Source: Chrysomallon squamiferum
Lineage: Eukaryota > Animalia > Mollusca
Direction of reading: 5' to 3'
Assembly: GCA_012295275.1 (NCBI GenBank)
Contig: CM022665.1
Coordinates: 10,974,001-11,038,000 of the forward strand
DNA: 64,000 nt
The notes below the pieces were generated by a model that ran no database searches, was not told the DNA's origin, and was given only the letters and a program-made list of their open reading frames with translations. The position numbers and the translations under genes were made by a program. Shown here piece by piece: positions 28,161 to 41,832 of the stretch; positions within the stretch are counted from its first letter, which is position 1, and each line of letters begins with the position of its first letter.

Positions 28161-29295
28161 TCAAAAATTACTTTGCAATCCAGTCTGGAAATAACACTCC
28201 ATTTCCTGATGTAGATGTGTACAAATACTGATAACAAAACACCTGTATTTATAGAAACTGAAATCAAACATTATAGAAAAACTATAATCATTACACAGAA
28301 GTGTTGGTCCTTTCAGGAACCATATAATAATGCCAAAATATACATTATTAAAAATAAGAAAAAATAAGAAAAAAACTGAGAAAAAAGACCCTTTCACAAC
28401 AGTAACTTTTACAGTAACATCCATTACCAAGTAAACATAAAATTTCAATACATTTTTTTTGCTTTTGTGCTTAAAGTAATGTAAACCATACATTACAGAG
28501 AAACTGTAAACATTTTAGAGAAGTGTAGGCCATTTACAATAACACTGACAAAATATACAGAACTAACAACATGAAACAAATTCCTATATGTTCTGTTTGC
28601 TTATTACAAAAAATTGTTACAGAATCAAAAAAACTATAAGAAAGTCAACAGTTATTACATAGAATTATGGCTGAGAAATATATGCTGATGAAAGTCAGAA
28701 TGAAGGAAAAGAATTTGGTTAGGGATGCATCTGGATAGTAGAAAGATAATCTGGACAATGATAATCGGGTTAAAAAAAAAAATCTTAATTTAAGATAAGA
28801 TTCAACAGAGAAACAGAAACTTAAAGAATTACTGAATAATTATGATAAATGGTTTCACTTTGATTAAATATATACATTATAAAATTTAATTTAATAGATA
28901 ATTTAATTTAATCAAAGGGAAATAACTCTTGGTGGGTAGATTATAAATGTAAAAATTGTGTCTGGAAAAGGAAATTAATGTTTTTAAAAAAAATGATTAT
29001 TGTGTTAGAAATGTTTGGGTTTTTTTGGGTGTGGGGTTCTCTTTTCTTAATACTTTCCAATGGGAGAGGCCTTCCACAGACAATATATATATTCAGCAGG
29101 CAAAAAAAAAAAAAAAATTTGCACTGAACACTTCTTATCTCAAACCACATTTTGACTTTCTAAAAATGTACATGATTAAAGACATGGATATTGTAGTTTT
29201 TAAATAATACCCAAAATCAAAACTAGATACTGAAAAGCTCAGTTCAAGAATGTGTTGTTTTTTTTTTTTTTTTTTTTTATTTTTTGGCCATCCCA

Positions 29296-29332
<37 letters not shown>

Positions 29333-30294
29333 TAAATATTGCTTTACTTACAAAGAAATATTCAATTTTTGAGTCAGAGGTGTTCATATTCAAAACAAAT
29401 GTACTTTCATCAGTCTGGATAAGCCCGAAGTCAGGGCCATCTGACCTATACAACACATTACCAAAGATCACTTTACAGCATAGGACTATGCAAATAATAT
29501 GTCATGATAAAAAAAAAAAAAAAAAAAAAAAAAAATTATACTCTGTCTGTGAACTAATGGAATATTCATAGAGTCGTTTTACTTTTTTTTCTCTTCACCT
29601 TAATTTTCTGGTATTATGTAATCAGTATGAAGTTATTTTTTATTTTTTATTTATTTTTTTTTTTTATCTGTATTTGATGTAGTATCCAGCCTCCACTCTT
29701 CTGCCAAGCTCGTCTAACTTAATGCAGAGTGGAAGGTAATGGATGTTGGATATTATTCACCATCGTTAATGATATACTTTGATTATTAGGTGATCATCAG
29801 TAGATGAGAATGTGTCACAGCAACATTATTTACTGTCACTAATGATATACTGTGATTATTAGCAAAATGATCTTGTGTGATGAATGTACCACACCACTGT
29901 ATCAGTAAAATATTGTCATTATTACTTTATTATGAGTCCAGAGATAAGAGCCAGTCTAAATAGATGAGATATAGATCAAAGGCTGTTATTACTTTTTAGG
30001 GTAGATTTAAATGGAGTGGGCAGTAGGATTGTCATCCATCACTTGCTGCATATCAGTTATGGAACCCTTGCATATGATATAGTGAGTCACACGATCAAAT
30101 CTACTTAGTGTACTACTGAATTTTTCCAGTTCCAGCTGGGAGCTCCTAAGAGGTATATTATAAACTACAGCATGTGTCCTCTTATCTGTGGGAGAATGTA
30201 CAAAAAAGAATTGGTGTATTATTAACTATTATTGTTGATTCAATGAGAATTAAAAAAAAAACACTTAAAATAATTGATAAAAGTAATGCATAAT

Positions 30295-30572
30295 ATGAAA
30301 TCAGCAACAGTTTTGAAATATAACTTACTTTAACTTGTAAGGGTAGTGTGGGACAAATGATGATATTAAAAGATCACTTACTTTAATTGGTAAGAGTAAA
30401 ACATAATAACAAATCAGCAACAGTTTAAAAAAAACAGTTCTAACTGGTAAGAGTAGACCATAATGTCAGCTGAGTGACAGTTTTAAAATCTAATGCTTAA
30501 GAGTAACCCATGAATGGCTTCAACACCAGTTTTGAAATATAACTTACTCTAACTGGTAAGAGTAACCCATCA
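30295..30572. repeat. Degenerate tandem repeat
   Basis: Repeated cagttttgaaatataacttactctaactggtaagagta. Confidence 0.75.
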
Positions 30573-30988
30573 TGAGAAAACATTAGGTTTCTTCTTTTTT
30601 CTTTTGACAGAATCTCAAGATTGACAGTTTATAAGTGATAATATAAAGATGTGCAGCCACTTAACAAATTCTTATTTATTCAGGTGAGAGTCTTAAGGAT
30701 TATAAATTTACCTTAATTATTTTTCATGGTAGATTTAAATAATTTTATTAGCATAGGTGACTGCTTTAATCTCATTAAATTAATTAATTCTAGATTAAAA
30801 ATATATTAAGGTAAAATATATTTCCTTTGAACATTATGTTATTTCTCTTTGATATATATATATATAAACCTGACCAAAAGTGCAAATGAATGAGAGAGAT
30901 AGATGAACAGATATTAATTAAGTACAATAAAAAATTTATCTGGAATCTGAACACTTTTTCTTGGAACTGCTATTACAAATCAAGCACA

Positions 30989-31024
<36 letters not shown>

Positions 31025-31299
31025 AAATATGCACATACAACTGAAACAAACAGACACATTCTTCTTTTCAGTAACATAATGATATGAAAAGGAAAACACA
31101 AGTGTTCATTGAACGAGCTGTTCTTTTTTCAACTAGCAGCAAGGGATTTTTTTAGTTTACCTTCCCATAGACTGAAAATCATATTTAACATAGCCTTTGA
31201 TGAACACATCATATGGGACTGGCTTGACTTATTTAGGACCGATTGTGCAACCTAAAATACATCGTCTGATCTGTAACCAAAAATATATGTACTGTATGC

Positions 31300-31336
<37 letters not shown>

Positions 31337-31778
31337 GAGAGACATGGAAAGGAAAGATGAATGAGCATATCATGTATTATCAGCCATGAACAACAGATAC
31401 AGCGTGTAAAACAAAGCACACAAGTACTTGTAATCCTTGAAATGATTTTATAGCAGAAGAAGAAAGTGAAGAAAAAAAATCCTCTGTACACAGATCACTG
31501 AGAAACACTACTTGTATCAGCTACAAGGAGTTCACAGTGATATCTCTGAGAGAAATATCTAAGCAGACCACCAGACACATCATTGTTGAAATTCCTCAGG
31601 TAGAAGACAAATGAAGGTCTGGACTTTTTAACAAGTCAAAAGCTTTGTCCAGAATCTTGCAAGAGATATATGGAAGAACCCGCCCTTAACAGCACATCTT
31701 TAAACTAATCACAGCTTCAAAGCAAATCATTGCTGGAGTGTGTGTGTTTGTGTGTGTGTGTCAAGACAGATATTTCAA

Positions 31779-31832
31779 CAGTGATGAAGTGGTTAAGTTA
31801 TCACTTACAGGACTGGTAAGCACTGGGATCAA
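31779..31832 (+). mobile_element. tRNA-derived SINE head remnant
   Basis: A-box-like gaagtggttaag and B-box-like gggatcaaatcc at tRNA-like spacing; no intact cloverleaf visible. Confidence 0.5.
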
Positions 31833-32129
31833 ATCCAATTACCAGCTTCTATCCTAACTTCTTCAAATCCTGATACACTAATGGTGAATTTGGTTATCAA
31901 GTCAGAATGTTTCACTGACTGAATGCCCAGAGAGTGATATGGGTGGCAGAATAAACCTTCTTGAAAGCACCCTTTGGCTTATTTCTCTTTTATACATATA
32001 CTTTGTGTCTTTCAGCCAGTGAGAAGGTATATATATATTTAGATACATATTGCTGTTAGTTTGATACAAGTAAGTAATAAAATGGCAGTGGTAGTCATAT
32101 TATCATTAAGAATCCTGCATCTAATATAA

Positions 32130-32478
32130 GATAATTATTGATGTATTTATTTACCAATCAATATATCTATATAAAGATTGTGATTTTATTAAAATCAACA
32201 TAACTGTTTTGTTTTTTTGTTTTTTGATTGTTTTTTTTATATGGCAATAACTGAGCATCAATTAAAATACATATTTATCTATAAATTCTGTGTCAGAAGC
32301 ATACATTTAATATCTAATAATTGTTAATGTATTTATTTACTATTCTATATATTACCCACATAAAGACTGAGATTTTATTAAAATCAACATCATTTTTTTT
32401 TTTTTTTTGGTTGTGGCAATAACCAAACATCAATCCAAATACATATTTATCTATGTAACATATAAATCCTGTGTCCAA
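32130..32478. repeat. Two-copy tandem duplication, about 190 bp
   Basis: atgtatttatttac...gattttattaaaatcaacat...ggcaataac...aaatacatatttatctat occurs twice. Confidence 0.8.
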
Positions 32479-32849
32479 AAAAAATACAATAATTATAAAA
32501 TGCTAACAATGTAGATGTGCTTAAAACCAAAACCATTCTCTTTACCATAGCCTCAGAACTGTATGGCCAAACACAATCTGAAACAAAGCAGGTGATTATA
32601 TTATCTGGAACATTTGTTTAATTTTTGGCACCAAATCTCTATGATCATAAAGTGCTGGCTTCAAGGTGCATCATCAACAGTACAGGAACATCCACTTTCC
32701 TTTTATTACCTTTGTTTATTGCAAGTGGTCAGCAAGGTCCAGAAATAAGTGACCATCCAAATAGATGAGCTATAGATCACAGGCTATTGCTGGTCAAGAT
32801 ACAAACATTTGATAGGTATCAGTGAAAACCTTGAAAGGATTATTGACAA

Positions 32850-33250
32850 CTGCTGAACCATTAGTGAGACAGTCATTTTTATGATGCCAAGAGTTGTGAA
32901 ATTCCTGCATAGGTGATATAGATTTCTGGTTAAAAACTGAAAGAATATATACATGCCACAAAGAGATAGGATACATAGGAAAAAAAATATATAATCAAAC
33001 ATATTCAAGGGAGCAATATAGAAAGCTACTGAACCATTAATCATAGTGTAAATTTTATGACTCCAAGAGTTGTGAAAATTTACTATTTATGGTTCAAGGG
33101 GTTTATATTTCTTGTTAAAAATTGAATTGGATGTAGAAAAATTATTAGTATACAGGGAACATAAGAGATGGAAGTTTCTGAATCACTGGGCTTAGAGAAA
33201 TTTTATGACTGCAAGATTTTTGAAAACCTTCTATTCATGGTTCAGATACT
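32850..33250. repeat. Three-copy degenerate tandem duplication, about 150-175 bp
   Basis: ctgaaccatta...ttttatga..ccaagagttgtgaaa occurs three times. Confidence 0.75.
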
Positions 33251-33349
33251 TATTAAACATTTAATGACATATACAAAGGGTATATTATATTAACAGAAGA
33301 GATCGAGAATAAAATACTAGATACTTTTCTTGATCATCAACCACAAAAC

Positions 33350-33352
33350 ATA

Positions 33353-33398
<46 letters not shown>

Positions 33399-33424
33399 CA
33401 ATAACACCACCATCAGTAATAATG

Positions 33425-33472
<48 letters not shown>

Positions 33473-33503
33473 GTAATAATAATAATAATAATATAATAAT
33501 AAT
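33350..33503. repeat. Compound (AAT)n microsatellite
   Basis: Interrupted AAT runs. Confidence 0.95.
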
Positions 33504-34039
33504 TATAAAAGAAATTCTTCATTTGTTAATAACTTGAAAACAGACATGGTGAAAATGTCACAGTGAGGGGGAATTTGCCAGGTAATTAGACATTGTTGCA
33601 GTGAACAAAAACATTCTTGTCTTCTTATCATTATTCCAATCTCATACAATCAGTTATTTTAGACTCTCCCTCTATAAACTACTACAGCTCAGCAACGTCT
33701 GCCAGTGGCAGCCATCTTGGATTCTGGCAAAGCACAGGTGTGAACAAGTGGAAAGGACATTCCGTTCATTGCTAACAATTCTGTTGTTGATGCTTAGAGC
33801 ATAAACTTTACATTTCTCTTGGAAAAAAGAAAAAGAAGAAGATTGTTGGTCAAGATCTTCCATAGACATGATTGTAACTAACAGAAGGGATCATATTTTA
33901 ATGCCAACCATCAATTTATTCTTACCTTTATACTTATTTTAAAACCTTAAGTTTCAACAGTGTAGAGATCTCAGGTCATTGCTCCTATAGATGATAATAA
34001 TAATAATAATTTCAAAAAAAAAGTTTTTTTTAAATAAAC

Positions 34040-34074
<35 letters not shown>

Positions 34075-34239
34075 TATTAGTATTATTATTAAATGTTCTT
34101 GATCATAAAAATAATAATTGTATGTTGTTTTGGTGATGCTAATAACCCAATCACCTTGTAGTTGTTCACAATTTAATAATACACTTTAATATTAATGGTC
34201 ATGAAGTATCAAACATACACTTTCTATATAATGATAATA

Positions 34240-34430
34240 CAAAAAAGGAAATCTACTGTAGTATCTCCATAGACCACTCTTACTGAATAGCAGTAAGTGA
34301 TTTTATATATTTACCTTCCCATAAATATTAAAACATATACAATGGCTTTTGATAAGCTAGTGCTGTAGTACTGATTAGAACTGTAAATAGGCCAAATGAA
34401 GCAATGACCAGGATTGATCCTGTGACCAAT
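34240..34430 (-). mobile_element. Decayed SINE-like copy
   Basis: aggaaatctactg...tagcagtaag...accttcccata...ggcttttgata...ggattgatcc. Confidence 0.55.
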
Positions 34431-37414
34431 GCTCTGAAACAATAATAATTTACTGATTATACTACCAAATCAGAAATTGATGACAAAATGATATGTAATT
34501 AGTAACTTCTTCATTTTAAACATCTGACAAGTAACTGAAGAAATGTAACTGCTTGATGAATTCTACTTCCTCAAGAATTCTCATTAGATATATCACAAAC
34601 TTAATGAAAACCACCATTATTAGTATCTGAGTCATTCAAGATGGCCATCTAGAATTTCTATATTAGTGAGAATTTCAAATTAATCCAAATCATCTATTAT
34701 GTATCACCTTACTTCATTTAGAATTATTACTTATCAGTAAAAGAAACTAGGATATATTAACTGTTATAGATTTCTTGATGTCAGTGAAACTTTTAATTTT
34801 CACCGACATATAATACTATCCAAACAACTGACTCATCAATTCAAACTAATGACTATGAGGTTTTTGGGGAGGGTTTCTTCCGTTTTTTTACTCTTTATTT
34901 TTAAGCTGTAATGGAAAGTTTACAGTTGCTGTCCTCAGTTCAAGATATATTTCTCTATTTCAGGGAGGTAACAGTGATGTAGACAGTCATTTCTTACTCA
35001 TGGATGTATGACTCATTCCTTTATAGACTGGAAGATTCAATCATATATGAGTAAATTATTTGGAAATGTGACTTTACGAAGTTTTATCAATACTTTCAGA
35101 GTAAATCTATCTTATGTGCTGAGACAAGATTAATATTGTTCAGTGTGTTAGTGAATCCTGACAGTAATTTAGATGATTAATAAATACAAATTACATATTT
35201 TCATAACACAAGCTCTAACTTACATTTAAAAACTGTATATTATCAGTAAAGAAAATGATCACTGATTCATATTATTGACAGATAAAAATTATGCTTTTTC
35301 ATGACATGAATTTTAATTTTGATTTAAAAGTCATGTATTTTGAACGAAACAAGTTTTCACTGATTCATATTGATAAATAAATAGTTTTGCTGTATAAACT
35401 TTAATTTAGATTTAAGGAAGCACCATTATTTCAAATTATTAATAAAACTCTGTTATTATTTTCACTTAATTTAGGTTTAAAAGTATTATATTTTAATTAA
35501 TAGAACTAAACATTAATCTAGACTTACAAAATAAAAAAAAAAAAAAAAAAAAAATCATGTCTTCATTTAAATATTTTTACTGTTATTCTACAACTATTGC
35601 CAAGAAATGCAATATGTAAGTTGTATATCAGAGGTTAAAAATCACGAAAATGTAAAATAGTTTCCAAAGAACAAGAATAAATTTATGTTAACCAGAGTGA
35701 TGTTGTGACTGTGTTATGTGTTAGACTTAAAAGTAAAGTTTACTATAAAACTGGCAGTTATTACAAGCAAATGAAGATTACATACATAAGATTCAGTTTA
35801 TTTTACAGTTTTAATCTCTACAGTTGTAAAATAAATAAAGAAAGAAAGATTTGGTAATGTATTATCTCATTTTCCTGTCTAAAATAAACTCCAGTAGATG
35901 AAAACATTTAATAATGTTAAATAATTAAATAAATACAATTGTGTGTGTGTGTGAGACAGAGAGACAGCATATGTATTTGTGCATGTGCATGCAAAAATAT
36001 TGGAAAAAATTCATTTTGCAGAAAATCCTACTTTATTACAATATTATCCAATAAAATTAACTGACAAAATACAAAATTATATTTAATAATAATAAATAAA
36101 TAAATAAATAAATAATGTTTATCACTGGATGTCAAACATTTACTATTTCTGACAGTATTATCATTCACATACTGTGGAACATCACACTTTTAAAATTTGT
36201 TTTTCAATTAATACTATTAATTCATTTTAAAAAATCAATTTGCCACAAAATGAAGAGGTTTTGATACTTCTCCATGCAGTATCCTGTAGTGACTACAAGT
36301 GAAATAATGAAGTCAGCAATCTAATCAAAAGGAAGAGCTAGTTTAATTATCTTAGACAACCAGACACTTTTACCGTCATCATGTATGTGTACTGATAAGA
36401 ATGATTTCATTATTTGTTTGTGTGATAGTCAGTCATATGAATCAGATGACATCAACAGGTTCCCATCACACTTCAGTAATGTATGGAAATTAAATTTCTA
36501 ATGCTACTCCAGCACTTCCTGATGACTGAACATTAAGTATCACAGATCCATCAAAACTAAAGAAGCTTGAAATCACTGAATTTGAGATCCTGGAGATATT
36601 TTTTTTTATGTTAATATTAAAGTGACAGGCTTGTGGAGAATATGATTTAGCATTGTTTGGGATCCCTCTGTTGCAGTTACAGTATAAAATGTTAAAGTTA
36701 CTGTATGAATAAAGTGTTAAACTGATGTACAAAGTATCATAACTTACATCATTCCTCTTGATATCTAGATCTGTTTTTGCCTCAGAAAAATATCTAAAAT
36801 CAAATACCTCTCTCTCTCTCTCTCTTTCTGTGTCACTTTTCTTTTTTTCTCGTTTTCTTTCTCTCCATCTCTCTCTTTCTATCTCTACATATCTCTGTCT
36901 TTCTTTCTTTCTCAGGATAGATACAAAAAAATATATAAAAAATTTCTCTATAAAATATGCAAACACATTCAGATGAAATATAATATGGTTGATGGCCTAT
37001 GATGGGCATTATATAATACTTATTTCAAACCAGGTTTTAACTTTAGATTTTTATATTAACATTAACAAAGTACAGCTCTGTTTGATAGCAGACAGCCAAT
37101 GTAATTTTGTTGCTGCTGGGTTTTTTGTTAAACATTAATTCATTTATTAATTTCAAATGAGTAGGGAAATCTTTATCTTTGCCTAGATTTTGTATAAAAT
37201 ATGTAAACATATTCAGCTGAAGTATAGAGTGATTGATGATCAGTATAACATGAAACCCATTTAGTAGTCATACATCTAATTTCAGTGAAGTTGGGATTAT
37301 ATTTCTAAGCTGAACAGTTTAAACATTACTCTGACTCAAATGTAAAAATTCTGAGACAAGTATTTAATAAAAAAATAAATAAAAAATTATGATGTATTTA
37401 TAGATATAATTCTC

Positions 37415-37600
37415 CTAATTAACAGCAAGAAATTCTTTTTTATTTGTTTTCTTATATATAGGGCAGTATATACCACAGCTGCAACACAAAATCATTGGAG
37501 CACTGTTTGGAATGGGAAATAACCCAGTAGACCACTGACTGGAATCAATCATTTTTTAATCATGACACAAACAAGGAATTTACCAGTGAACTAAATCTTG
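37415..37600 (-). mobile_element. Decayed SINE-like copy
   Basis: aacagcaag...ataccacagc...ggagcactgtttggaatgggaaataaccca. Confidence 0.55.
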
Positions 37601-38372
37601 TCCAGCATTTCGAAATACAAATATTTTACATACAGTATTAAAAATTTTTATTTCAGAAAGGACCTTTACGGACCAACAAAACTGATATGCTTTTGAAATT
37701 AAGTAATGACAATTCTTAATATACTTAAAGAATTAGCTCATTGGGTTTTTCAGGAGAACTGATCTTGTGACCAGTCATGCTTCAGTCCAGTACTCTGCCA
37801 TAGATCTACATCATGTAAAGAAAATAATAACAAAAAAAAAATGAAAGAAGAGACAGTCAATGACATCATACAACTGAATTGAGACAGTGACTCATCATCG
37901 GTCAGTGGCATGATGCATGACTGGACTTGGGCGGTCAATGTACGACTGTAGTCAATATATGTCTGAGCGAATAAAAACAGTACATCAACAGTTACTTCCT
38001 GAACAACTTTGATCTCCAAGAAATGTTCAAGAAAGGCTTGCAGCAAACAGCCCAGCTACCAATGATTTACTTAACTAATTAAAGGAAATATCCTGCCCCA
38101 TGCAGACTGTTAGATCATCATATTTGGTTATATGACTTCTTTCAATTCAGCAGTTTGTGTTTGCTATATCAGATATAGTTTGTTGAGCAAGTGTCTCCTG
38201 ACTGTCATGTTAACATATTTAAAGAAAATAAGTGTTCAGATCCAGTGATTCATATAAAGAAAAGACCTAGATAAAGTGATGTAGTTACACTTCTCCAAGA
38301 CAGACAGATAGACAAATAGATATATTGAAAGATATCACTTAATACAGATATATATATATACATACACACATA

Positions 38373-38374
<2 letters not shown>

Positions 38375-38419
<45 letters not shown>
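38375..38419. repeat. (GA)n microsatellite
   Basis: Perfect run; a second similar run lies at 40281-40325. Confidence 0.95.
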
Positions 38420-38421
<2 letters not shown>

Positions 38422-38874
38422 CACACACAATAAAACACTTTGCATAAACAAATAAAGAAACAAAAGCATCACATATAAACATATACACTTGCATTACTTC
38501 AAAAACATAAATTGTTAATAATGAAGAATTAACTTATATTAAATTCACATATATAACATTAATTATTGGAAATCAAAGTAGAAAGATATAAAATACAAAG
38601 TTAGTACAAATAATATAAATGTAAATTATACTGAGACACTTCATTTTAAAAATATATAAATACATGTTTTCCAAGAAGACATGACATCAAATTCAATATT
38701 TAAAAAGGAAATGTATCTAGTCTACATAATAAACTTTGCATATTGTAAATCCTAATAATCATTATAAAAAAAATTGAATAAAAAAGTGAGAACCAGGAAA
38801 ACAATAACAGACAAATGTTGGGGAAATAAAATAAAACATGGGGAAAATAGCGAAGAATTCTGTAAAATAATTAA

Positions 38875-39480
38875 ATTGTGAAATGCACCAGAATACAGTA
38901 CCATAAGCTTTGAACTGCTGTAGAATACAATATCAAAATAACCTTTGAAACACAGAGGAATATAATTCATAATTAAGCTTTGAAGCAATGAACAGTACAA
39001 CAAAACTTTGAAGTGTTGCTGAATACAATAACGTAACTAAACTTTGAAGTATTCAAGAATAAAATTCATAATGAAGCAAAGAAGAAAAAAAATATAACTA
39101 GGCTTTGATATAGTAGAGAATACAATATCTTAATTAAGTTTTGAAGTGCTGTAGAACAGAATACAGTAACTTACCTTTGAAATACTGAGGAAAATAATAT
39201 AAATAAGCTCTGAGGTGATGAAGAACAAAATATAACTGAGAAAGTACAAAAACCATAACTAATATTTGAAGTGCTGTAGAAAACAGTATCATAATTAAGC
39301 TTTGAAGCAATGATGAATATAACATAAGCTTTGAAGTGGTGGAAAGAACAATGCTATAATTAAGCTTTGAAATGCTGGTAAAATAAACCATAAAATTAAG
39401 CTTTGAAGTAATGAAAAATGTAGAGTAACTGGTCTATGAATCATAGAGAATGCAGTATCATAATTGCAGTAAGATAATTA
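38875..39480. repeat. Degenerate minisatellite, about 35-bp unit
   Basis: Repeated aagctttgaagtgctgtagaatacaatatcataatt. Confidence 0.85.
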
Positions 39481-40276
39481 AATTTTCAAGTGCACAAAAA
39501 ATATATAAAAAAAAAAAAATTACAGTGAAACATTTTTCTTGTTAATCTTTTGGACATTTAAAAAAAAAAAATTGTTTATTACTTAAATTTTTTCATTTTA
39601 TATAATATAATATAATATATATTTTTATTTTTTTCGCTTTTTTTCTTCTTCTTTCTGTTTAGTTTTTTCATTTATTTTTTATTTTTTTTTTTTTTTTTTT
39701 GCTTTTGTTTTGTTTGTAGAAAAATAACAAGAACATCAAACAGACAAACAACCAGCTAAAGAGAGAAAGACTTGGTAACAAGACACACACAACCACTGAC
39801 AGACAAGATATAAATTCACATCAAATCGAGTACTAGACCAAGAAAATTATGTCTGTGTGGTACAGTTACATATTTCCAGAGATTAACAGCCCTAGATGAA
39901 AGGAAGGAGAACAAAATAAGATAATAAACCATGAAGAAAATAAATGCGATAAGAAATGGAATGCAAGAATGGAAGGTACAACATAAATTGTGAAAGGTTG
40001 CTGGAAGTGTGCTAAAACGCAGACCCGAAAACGATAAACAATTCACAAGTGAAGAACGAAGATCAAAATGATTGCCTTACCTGACACAGAATCATAGAAC
40101 TGGCCTGGGAAAGATAAATGCAATAAAATTCATGAATGAATTTATATTGAGACAGTATATAAGTGAAACTATATTGACAGAATATATAAGTGAATTTATA
40201 CTTTCAGAATATTTGAGTGAAATTATATTGAGATAATAATAATGTATAAAGTAGTAATAATATTAAACAATGATAT

Positions 40277-40327
<51 letters not shown>

Positions 40328-41194
40328 ATGAATTTCATTTTTTTTTTAAATTTAATTGTTGCCTTCTTGTCAGTGTTTAAAAAAAATATTTAGATATTCA
40401 TTTTATGTGTAAAAATTATTTGGGATCATATTTTTAAAAATCTGTTGTTACTACTATATTTCAAAATATTCATACTGACATATTCTGAAGAAAAAAATAA
40501 TATTGAAATGTTCAAATCAATTGAAATTTAAAAAAAAAAAAATTATTCACATTTTTCTTTATTTCACAATTTTCATTTTGATATATACTGACACAAAAAT
40601 ATTAAACATTTTTTTTTTTTTAATAACCCACATTGTATAGCTTTTATTTTTATTAGTTGATAACATTCCTTCAGTACAAAATATATTGAAATAATAATAA
40701 CAAATCAGTGTAATAGAAAATGGTGGGTTTTTTTTCATCTTTAATTTAATCTTGCAGACACCATTAGCAAGCTAAGATTTCATTTCCTGTTACTGGAATG
40801 ATATAATATTATTTTGCCTGACATTAAAAAAAGAAGAAAAAGAAGAAAGAAAGAACAAGAAGAAATAAAAAAGAAAAAATATAAAAGAAAATTAAATTAC
40901 AAATTCTGTAACAGTGTCACATTGTATTTTTAATGCCACAACAAGATGTCCTGGTTCTTCAAATCAATATTGATCAGTTTCATTTCATTCCAGTCACAAT
41001 GTTGAGGTTTTTTTAAGGTTTAGAATTTGACGCAAGACTTTAAATTTACTGAATATATTACAGAGGGTTTTTTTTACAGAGTGTTTTAAGACAGTATTGT
41101 ATGGCTTGAAGTTATTCTTTATGAAAATATCGTGCATGGTTACAGTATTGGAGACTGCAAATATTAACATTTATAATACTTTGTCTAAATAAAT

Positions 41195-41832
41195 CCTGGT
41201 ATTTCGTATCCCAGATATAAATAAATCTCATACCAGATTTATATAAACAGTCCTAATACCAAGTCAAAATAAACAGCAACACTTCTTATACAGGCCTAAA
41301 CAAATTACTTCTTTGGCCAAATTTGTCTAAATTCTCACACTTCTTGTATCAGATATCTTATACCAGATCTAAAATGCACTGATATTGTTTTATATAAAAT
41401 TGAAACTTCTGATATTTGATTTACATGAAATTGACACTTCTTATGCCAGATTTTACATAAATATTGGTACTTCTTCTGTTAGGTCTAAATGAATACCAAT
41501 AATATTTTGGTCAGATTTGTATAAATCTGCTTATACCAGATTTACATTAATCTGACACTTCTCATATCGGATCTAAATAAGTAATGACACCACTTATACC
41601 AGTTTTACTTAAACTGTGACACTTCTTATAACAGATCCAAATAAGCAGCAAAATTTCTTATATTAAACTTAAAAGATACAAATGCTTTTCATACCAGATT
41701 TACTTAAAGATTTATCTTCTTATATCAGATCTAAATAACCACTGACACTTCTATACCAGATATTAAAAAAAAAAAAAAAATGACATTTCTTTTTCTAGTT
41801 TTATATAAACTTCTAAAACCAGATCTAAATAA
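41195..41832. repeat. Degenerate minisatellite, about 30-bp unit
   Basis: Repeated gacacttcttataccagat(tt/ct)a(c/a)ataaa. Confidence 0.85.

Noticed and set aside
36748-36793. 46-nt minus-strand segment bounded by ttttag and gtaagt (possible poison exon)
   Set aside because: The pyrimidine tract is short and preceded by a GA repeat, and the segment stops in the NELL frame. Such pairs are expected by chance in 52 kb.
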